DNA of 64,000 nucleotides from Bdellovibrionales bacterium (GTDB lineage Bacteria; Bdellovibrionota; Bdellovibrionia; Bdellovibrionales; UBA1609): NCBI GenBank assembly GCA_965199935.1, contig CBDATD010000001.1, positions 235,097 to 299,096 of the forward strand, read 5' to 3'. Shown piece by piece: positions 57,940 to 64,000 of this stretch (position 1 is its first letter; each line of letters starts with the position of its first letter). The notes under the pieces were generated by a model. It saw only the letters and a program-made list of their open reading frames with translations, ran no database searches and was not told where the DNA came from. The position numbers and the translations under genes were made by a program.

Positions 57940-58326
57940 ATGAACGACGTTTCAAAATATCTGGCTGTCGCTTTCCTCAGCTCATTTGTTTGGGCCGACA
58001 ATCATTGGATAGAGAAAAAAACAAACTTTGAACAGCATATTCAAGAAACAAACCAAAAAAAAGAAAATAAGATTAAAATGAAACCACAGCACACAAGATA
58101 CAGGCAAAAATTAAAGTCAGAAAAATCACAGCTCAAAAGGACTTTTCTCTCTCGCCGCCTGCAAAGAAACAGCAGGGATAAAGCTCAAAAACTGCTTAAC
58201 CTTTTCACAAACCCTATGAAAAATCACAAAAAAAATATAAAAGGAAAATTTATAAAAAACAGAAATAAAAACAAAAAATTAAAGGAAAAATACAATATTC
58301 CTTTAGAAGAACAACTGTTCCTGTAA
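57940..58326 (+). CDS. Secreted, extremely Lys/Asn-rich small protein (hypothetical)
   Basis: 128 aa from the internal ATG. It has the signal-like MNDVSKYLAVAFLSSFVWA followed by runs of K/R/N/Q. Confidence 0.4.
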   Translation: MNDVSKYLAVAFLSSFVWADNHWIEKKTNFEQHIQETNQKKENKIKMKPQHTRYRQKLKSEKSQLKRTFLSRRLQRNSRDKAQKLLNLFTNPMKNHKKNIKGKFIKNRNKNKKLKEKYNIPLEEQLFL

Positions 58327-58427
58327 ACTTGGAATAAGGATTTTTCAACAAAATGCGTATTTGGAGTCTTGCGGATCCGTTCGTTCAGTATTCCAAATGC
58401 TTTGCTTGTGCGGGAGCACAAAGTGAA

Positions 58428-59135
58428 TTATTTGGTTTGCAGTATTTGATTTAAAGAGAGTCCTGTTATTTTTTGCAGACGGCTGACAAACCACCACAAA
58501 GTCCAACCGGAGACCACGGTGAGGGGCAAGCCGATCACTAAAAAACTGATCCACGTCATATCTGCAATTTGTTCATTGAGTGCATTCTGCTGTTCCAGAC
58601 CAGATAGAACACTGTTGTTTGTGAATATTTTCATTCCCAGAATAAAGTTCAAGACAGCACTAAAAAAAAAGCAGACTGAGAGATAAAGCGTAGATTTTTT
58701 TAAAAGCTTTTCATAATGATTTTTTTTCAACTGTGAATCCAACTGAAAATCAATAGCTTCTTTTTGGAAAAGAGAAGATTTATGAACTACCCACTTCATT
58801 AAGGGTTTATCCGTAAAACTTGACAGTAAAACCCATAATCCAATTAAAAAGGGAATCACAGCTTCTTTAACTGCAAACCACACCCCCTCTAGAGTGAATA
58901 AAGCAAACCCTCCTGTCAACAACACATTCACTGTACCCACAATGGATAAAATATTTTTATGCCTATTATTTTTTATGTAATCTGTAAGACCATAGAATAT
59001 TGGAAAGCTCAAAGCCGCACCCAAAGAAACAATAGGACTGACATGAGGAAATAGGCGGGAGCTGTAATTTAAAACAGCCACAGGAACAGCTATATTGAAC
59101 ACTAAACTAATTAACGGATTTTCATTTTTATTCAT
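58428..59135 (-). CDS. Inner-membrane protein (VC0807-like family, tentative)
   Basis: 235 aa with 5-6 hydrophobic segments. The N-terminus is MNKNENPLISLVFNIAVPVAVL. Confidence 0.5.
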   Translation of the reverse strand: MNKNENPLISLVFNIAVPVAVLNYSSRLFPHVSPIVSLGAALSFPIFYGLTDYIKNNRHKNILSIVGTVNVLLTGGFALFTLEGVWFAVKEAVIPFLIGLWVLLSSFTDKPLMKWVVHKSSLFQKEAIDFQLDSQLKKNHYEKLLKKSTLYLSVCFFFSAVLNFILGMKIFTNNSVLSGLEQQNALNEQIADMTWISFLVIGLPLTVVSGWTLWWFVSRLQKITGLSLNQILQTK

Positions 59136-59328
59136 AATGACGCATTCAAAACCTTGTCATCCCTCATCAGTCGGGACGGTATTCTTTTATGTAACTGAGT
59201 GTCAAGATATTTTAAAAAAAGATGCAACGTTTACACCCTTCCATCTTACAGAAACTCCCTGCAATCTCCCAAACCCCTGCCTGTTAAGGATGAGATTTTA
59301 TTCCACTCCAAATTTTTTCATTCTGGTC

Positions 59329-59661
59329 TTATAAGGAAGAGGTATCATAGGGGGGGAATTCACGATTGTGGTTCCATACGGAGATCTTACTTGAAAATTG
59401 AGAGTAAAGATCATCAATGAGATGCCTCGGTTCTTTGCTGGTAGATGTGACAACAAAACTCAGTGAAGCAGACACCACTCGAATAACACCTGTGTATTTT
59501 CCGTCTTCAGTTTTTAAAACCCAAGCTGACTTAGTCGCTTCGCTGGGAGACTTGTCCTCCACAGAACAGTAGATTTGCTTGCAGTAAGATTTCAACACCG
59601 AGGTTGGATCAAAGCCTTTGAAAATAAAATTGTCTGCATCAAGTAGATAAGGATCTGACAT
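59329..59661 (-). CDS. Hypothetical protein
   Basis: 110 aa from the internal ATG (MSDPYLLDADNFIFKGF..). No motif recognised. Confidence 0.4.
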   Translation of the reverse strand: MSDPYLLDADNFIFKGFDPTSVLKSYCKQIYCSVEDKSPSEATKSAWVLKTEDGKYTGVIRVVSASLSFVVTSTSKEPRHLIDDLYSQFSSKISVWNHNREFPPYDTSSL

Positions 59662-59955
59662 GGCTACCACCTCCCCCGCCCGCTTATTGACACAAAAAAA
59701 CAACACTTCTGAACGAACGGCCGCTCTTCAAATAAACACCGCACCGGACCCAACGACCCACTGCCTCAGCACCCTACCTATCAATCAACACAAAGGTTCG
59801 TCAACAATTTGACTCGTAATGTTTACAAAAATCTCGTAAAAAAGGCCTCAAATGGATTAAAAGTTGATTTTTACGTCAAGAAGTGTCTTTTTTTTGACAT
59901 ATTAAGATGCCTTTTTTTCACATAAAAAAACAATATTTTTACGGACTGAAGCACT

Positions 59956-60150
59956 TTAATGCACAATATGATTTTCCACACGAGATAAAGCCATGCAGGC
60001 TGTACAGCGGGCTTCTTCTCTTAAAGAACTCTTTGAAATGGATTCAACATAAATGTCTAAATCGCCGCAACAAAGGGGGCATTTATTTTGTTCATCCAAG
60101 AACTGAGTTTTTTCCCCGCTGTCTTCGATAATTCTTTGAATTTTTTCCAT
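59956..60150 (-). CDS. Small zinc-ribbon protein (hypothetical)
   Basis: 64 aa from MEKIQRII... It has two Cys pairs (CPLCC .. CTAC). Confidence 0.4.
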   Translation of the reverse strand: MEKIQRIIEDSGEKTQFLDEQNKCPLCCGDLDIYVESISKSSLREEARCTACMALSRVENHIVH

Positions 60151-60206
60151 ATCTATCACCTCTCTTTGTATAACGTGCAAATTAGATGACAAGACTAAAG
60201 AACTAA

Positions 60207-61541
60207 CTACTCTTTAGGACAGAAAACCGTTAAGCGAATCTGAGAAGACAAGGAAACTCGATCTTCTGTGATCGTCAGATTTTTTCCATCTAATTCATAT
60301 TTGACTTTTTCGCTTCCTCCGTCCTCATCCACCAAACGGACATTTTCGACTCGGTAAGGCTCACAGGACAGTGTAATAGGCAGAGGCCTTTGCAAATAAT
60401 CAGACAATTGACCTAACTGAGAACCATAGTCCCGGTCACAGATAGACAACACTCTCCCGCGTGTTATGTAGGGGTATTCCCTTACGATACTGCTTGAAGG
60501 CTCTGCAAAATCTTCATAAACTTCACCGTAATAGCCCTGTCCCAATTCCTCGTCCTGTTCAGCCAGACAGTCGTCGTCTCCGGGGGGAATGATAATAGCA
60601 TGAACGCTAATGCCTGTGTTCAAACCAATTCTTTGGGCCACTTTACTGTAAAAATTACGAGGATCATCACAAGATCTTAACCTGTAATCGGTTCTGTTTA
60701 AGGCCCACTGCTGTTCTCGATATTCCTCAGAAGATCTCTCATCTTCATCAGACAAAATAACCACCATTAAATGAGAGTGCGGTCTAAAGAAATCCCTTTG
60801 AGAGGAAATATCCAGAGATTTGTTTAAAGCACAAATAGCCCTTTCATCATCCGGACACAAATCTGCTTTTCCCGGCTCCATGCACTCGATAGACTCAGGT
60901 CTTTGAACAGATTCTCTAAACATTTTAATATTTTTTCTATGTTCAGACTGGCTCCCTTGCTCATTGGAAATGTATTTTCTGCCGTTTTTAAATCTAATAA
61001 AGTGACCGTCCTGATAAGTGCGGTCGCGGTTGTCTGGAGAATCAGATATATCTACCGTCATTATAGCAATGCGGTAATCTAAATATTGAATATCATCTAA
61101 GAATTGATCAAACTGATTGGCAATGTTTCTTTGTTCGACATGCATAGACCTGGAATTATCTATTACAAAAATAATATCCACCACTCCCATATTGTACGTA
61201 GCAGTAACTGTCATATAAGAATTGGCTCCTTGACTCCTTGGCTCCGCCGGCCTGATTTCTCCTGGACTGCCGCTGTCTGCACCTGAAAATTCCCCGGGAA
61301 AGTTTCCAGCCGCATCAAAGTCTCTTTCCGTATCTACAGAAACGTCCTCACAGCTTGCATCCTCTAACCCAGAAAGATCAAAATCATCACAGCTCGTAGG
61401 AGGACTGTAATTTAAAACGACTTGATCATTACAGCCGATCAACTGCACAGATAAAGTCAACCCCGCCGCGATCAGAAGAAGAATCAGCTCTTTCTGGTAT
61501 TCTTCAAGCCACTTTGCAAACTTTTTCCAAAAACAAGACAT
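60207..61541 (-). CDS. Lipoprotein with a von Willebrand factor A-like domain
   Basis: 444 aa. It has the lipobox ..VQLIGC and a MIDAS-like DxSxS motif in VVDIIFVIDNSRSM. Confidence 0.6.
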   Translation of the reverse strand: MSCFWKKFAKWLEEYQKELILLLIAAGLTLSVQLIGCNDQVVLNYSPPTSCDDFDLSGLEDASCEDVSVDTERDFDAAGNFPGEFSGADSGSPGEIRPAEPRSQGANSYMTVTATYNMGVVDIIFVIDNSRSMHVEQRNIANQFDQFLDDIQYLDYRIAIMTVDISDSPDNRDRTYQDGHFIRFKNGRKYISNEQGSQSEHRKNIKMFRESVQRPESIECMEPGKADLCPDDERAICALNKSLDISSQRDFFRPHSHLMVVILSDEDERSSEEYREQQWALNRTDYRLRSCDDPRNFYSKVAQRIGLNTGISVHAIIIPPGDDDCLAEQDEELGQGYYGEVYEDFAEPSSSIVREYPYITRGRVLSICDRDYGSQLGQLSDYLQRPLPITLSCEPYRVENVRLVDEDGGSEKVKYELDGKNLTITEDRVSLSSQIRLTVFCPKE

Positions 61542-61769
61542 ATCAAGTTTACAAACGGCAAAATTTTCAAAAAAGATTAGATTTTTTCAATCTTTTTTGT
61601 TGGTTTTTCCCTGCTCAGTCCTCTAAGACAGTAAAAGAGACCCTTCATTTTTATCTTTATCTCTCAGGACTGTTTCCACCTCAAGCAGAACTGAATTTGA
61701 TGGTTAGACAAAAATCATATTTTCGAGTAAGCTTTGAAAAAAAACATCCCTTCAAAGGCTTTGCTCTCA

Positions 61770-62423
61770 ATGGAATATAAAACTCCTTTTCACTCTCCCA
61801 ACACAGACGGCTCCCTGATTGACGTGCAGTTTTTGATCCTGCACTACACAGGCTGTTCTTTGGAAAAAACTTTTGAAATTTTCAAAAATCCCAGCAAAAA
61901 AACATCCGCTCATTTTGTCATTGACCTAAAGGGCATGATCTACGAAATCGTCTCTTGCTTAGAAAAGCCTCTGAAAGCTTTTCATGCCGGACACAGCATT
62001 TGGAAAAAATGGACCCACCTGAACAATTTTTCCATTGGAGTTGAGCTTGTCAATCTCAACGGAAATTTATTCGACTACACCAAGGAACAATATGTATCTC
62101 TCTCTCGACTGATATTGCATTTACAAAAAATCTATCCTGTTCTCGAATCTCCGGATCGAATTTTAGGGCATGAGCATATTGCCGGCTTTCGAGGCAAGGT
62201 GGACCCTGGAACACAATTTCATTGGGATAAAATGTTTAGACAAATCTATCCCCCTCAAAAATTTCCAGAAAGAAAACCTGTTCTTCCATTATACTTAAAA
62301 GAGCGTTTTAAAGATTTAACCGAGCGGCTCGACACAGGAGAAAAAAAGTGGGGGGACTTAAACACTTTGCTGGAAAAACAATATCTGCACCACCTGCAAA
62401 CGGAAGGGGAGGATGCTTCTTAG
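61770..62423 (+). CDS. ampD: N-acetylmuramoyl-L-alanine amidase (AmpD-like, Amidase_2)
   Basis: It has ..ILHYTGCS..SAHFVIDLKGMIYEIV..AFHAGHS..NNFSIGVELVN..GHEHIAGFRGKVDPG... ATG 61770 is preferred over TTG 61734. Confidence 0.8.
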   Translation: MEYKTPFHSPNTDGSLIDVQFLILHYTGCSLEKTFEIFKNPSKKTSAHFVIDLKGMIYEIVSCLEKPLKAFHAGHSIWKKWTHLNNFSIGVELVNLNGNLFDYTKEQYVSLSRLILHLQKIYPVLESPDRILGHEHIAGFRGKVDPGTQFHWDKMFRQIYPPQKFPERKPVLPLYLKERFKDLTERLDTGEKKWGDLNTLLEKQYLHHLQTEGEDAS

Positions 62424-63433
62424 AAGCCTTTCTTTAGTTTTGGAGGCTGTTTTACAGGATTTTTCTGAGAAGATTTTTGATTCCTCCACAAGAGAAATCC
62501 AACAGCGGCCACACCCACCGCCGCCGCGGCAAAAGCCCCCCATTTTTTGTGTTCTTTCCATTTTATAGAAGTTTTTAAATCCTCTGCATTTTTTTGAATC
62601 TCACTAGATGTGTAGAACTCTTCCGAGGCGGATGTTGGAGCAGATTTTTTGAGACTTTTTGTCCACAAACAAAAATTTGGAAAAAGAACAGGGCTGTGTT
62701 TTATCCCTTTAGAAAACACAGGGTGCCGGCAGCTGCCGCTCACCAAAGGAGCGGTCACAATTCTTTTCTGCACCAGCTGGGAAAGAGAAATAATACGGCT
62801 CCATTTTCTATGGGAAGAGCTGAGGGCAGTCACCCTGTACTCCCCATAAGGAAGGCGGACTTTGTTGGAAAAAACACGTCCGTTGATCAATATTATCTCA
62901 TGAAAAGGAAATATCCTCTTTAAAGATACAGAAAGTTTGGCTTGTTTTTTTCTAATGGCGTTAAATTTTTGAATTAAAGGAGGGGGAAACAGCTGAACAT
63001 CCGGCTCTAATTGAGGAGCTAAAACAGATGCTGAATACAAAAGGGCCTCTGCCTCCAGACCCTTCCACTCAATTTGAGCCAGGCGGAGAAAAGAATAAAA
63101 AATAATTTTTTGAGCCTCCGCCGCCCAATCTTTTTGATGCGCCATTTTGACAATAGATCGAAAATAATCCCCAGATTGGTGGAGATGATCCTTCAAAAAA
63201 GATCTCTGAGCCTGCTCCAGCATCAATCTTAACTTTTTAATATCATCCGGCTGAGTTTGAATTTGTTCAAACTGCCTCTGTGCATAAGAAACAGCAGATT
63301 CCGTTTGTACGTACGCGGAAAACTCTTCTAAAGGAGTTTGAGGAGCTTTCAACAGGGTTGAATAAGAAGAAGGCGCTGTGAACAAAATAAAAAACAGAAA
63401 AAAAGAGTGAAACATTTTAGATACCTGCCTCAA
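62420..63433 (-). CDS. Hypothetical secreted protein with a C-terminal membrane anchor
   Basis: 337 aa. It has an N-terminal signal (FFLFFILFTAPSSYS) and a C-terminal GAFAAAAVGVAAVGFLLW segment. Confidence 0.5.
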   Translation of the reverse strand: MRQVSKMFHSFFLFFILFTAPSSYSTLLKAPQTPLEEFSAYVQTESAVSYAQRQFEQIQTQPDDIKKLRLMLEQAQRSFLKDHLHQSGDYFRSIVKMAHQKDWAAEAQKIIFYSFLRLAQIEWKGLEAEALLYSASVLAPQLEPDVQLFPPPLIQKFNAIRKKQAKLSVSLKRIFPFHEIILINGRVFSNKVRLPYGEYRVTALSSSHRKWSRIISLSQLVQKRIVTAPLVSGSCRHPVFSKGIKHSPVLFPNFCLWTKSLKKSAPTSASEEFYTSSEIQKNAEDLKTSIKWKEHKKWGAFAAAAVGVAAVGFLLWRNQKSSQKNPVKQPPKLKKGF

Positions 63434-63887
63434 CAGTAATGGATCTTTGTCTTGGAGGATGCAAAATGCGGGAGCCTTGAGCCTTCGGGTTTTGAACTAC
63501 AGCATGAAACATGAGTGAAGATTTTAAAAAAAGAGAAACCTCGTCTTCTGGAATAAGAACTGAAAAGCGGCCTGTTTGCAAACGCACAGCGCGTACTGCC
63601 TGTGCAAACTTATGAGGAACCGATAAGTTTTCCGGTTGATAATAAAGGTCCACAACACCATGGGATAAAATAAGATCACTCACTGCTTCGTGATTTTCCA
63701 GCTCAATCGGCACCATAACAAAACCTTCAGGAATATTATCTGACACCTGAAAAACAGGAGCCTCCGGCTCCTCCTCATTGTTTGTATAGTGAATCCAGGT
63801 AAAAAACAATGAAAATAAAGCCAGCAAAACAAAAACACCCAGATACTGTTTATAACCCTTAAGGAGCGACAGAGCTGGTTGAACCAT
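63417..63887 (-). CDS. Membrane-anchored protein, weakly CpaB/RcpC-C-terminal-like (tentative)
   Basis: 156 aa. It has an N-terminal TM. ..IPEGFVMVPIELENHEAVSDLILSHGVVDLYY.. resembles the CpaB beta-clip region, and there is no SAF domain. Confidence 0.35.
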   Translation of the reverse strand: MVQPALSLLKGYKQYLGVFVLLALFSLFFTWIHYTNNEEEPEAPVFQVSDNIPEGFVMVPIELENHEAVSDLILSHGVVDLYYQPENLSVPHKFAQAVRAVRLQTGRFSVLIPEDEVSLFLKSSLMFHAVVQNPKAQGSRILHPPRQRSITVEAGI

Positions 63888-63999
63888 AATTCACATTCCG
63901 TCCCATTTCGTACTTTTTCATTTCTTTCCCAGACTTATCATAGAGATAAAAAATGGAGGATAGAAACCCAAATACAAAAATAAGCATCCATATAAATTC
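63859..63999 (-). CDS. 3' end of a membrane-protein ORF entering from the window edge
   Basis: Open minus-strand frame ..EFIWMLIFVFGFLSSIFYLYDKSGKEMKKYEMGRNVNYG.. ends at TAA 63859-63861. Confidence 0.3.
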   Translation of the reverse strand, partial: EFIWMLIFVFGFLSSIFYLYDKSGKEMKKYEMGRNVNYGSTSSVAP

Positions 64000-64000
64000 A

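Noticed and set aside
1-64000. I looked for CRISPR arrays, rRNA genes, IS elements or transposases, integrases and further tRNAs.
   Set aside because: No regularly spaced direct repeats with unique spacers were seen. There was no rRNA-like sequence and no DDE or tyrosine/serine recombinase motif in any ORF. Only the single tRNA-Arg was recognised by eye, so a tRNAscan or Infernal run should confirm this.

Overview
The window has two parts. (i) Positions 1 to ~10,460 are a visibly AT-rich accessory region; spot counts of single 60-nt lines give ~30% G+C against ~40%+ further right. It ends about 0.8 kb from a tRNA-Arg(UCG) gene. It contains an XRE-ImmA/IrrE + DUF4411 pair. It also contains a tightly chained operon: single-pass membrane protein, ThsB-like TIR protein, Nmad2-like protein and MazG-like pyrophosphohydrolase, with a convergent aGPT-Pplase-like gene. 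A ~2.8-kb stretch holds decayed genes (three type IV pilin paralogue fragments and a Fic remnant). A two-gene '4-fold beta-flower'-like + DUF3800 module is bracketed by two copies of one GC-rich hairpin sequence. No integrase, transposase, CRISPR array or rRNA was seen. (ii) Positions ~11.2-64 kb are ordinary core chromosome of a Gram-negative bacterium. The gene content is reminiscent of Bdellovibrionota/Oligoflexia, but this cannot be established without a search. Core genes include EVE, an APC permease, grx, purK/purE/purM, three small beta-barrel OMPs, der, rnc, mtaB, mnmA and a cysteine desulfurase. They continue with pilR, a pilS-like gene, pilC, pilT, pilB, ribF, skp, bamA, a LolD-like ATPase and a GldA/F/G-like ABC system with DUF4340. 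Further right are an LysM lytic transglycosylase, pdxJ, pstSCAB-phoU-phoBR, a DHH phosphoesterase, mgtE, greA, an S49 peptidase, a VWA lipoprotein and ampD. A recurring feature is 1-nt frameshifts, mostly at homopolymer runs, inside otherwise conserved housekeeping genes. These are either consensus errors or real gene decay. The best candidate for a new system is the TM/TIR/Nmad2-like/MazG/aGPT-Pplase-like cluster at 2.4-6.3 kb. All family assignments come from reading the translated ORFs and from memory of family motifs. No searches were run.
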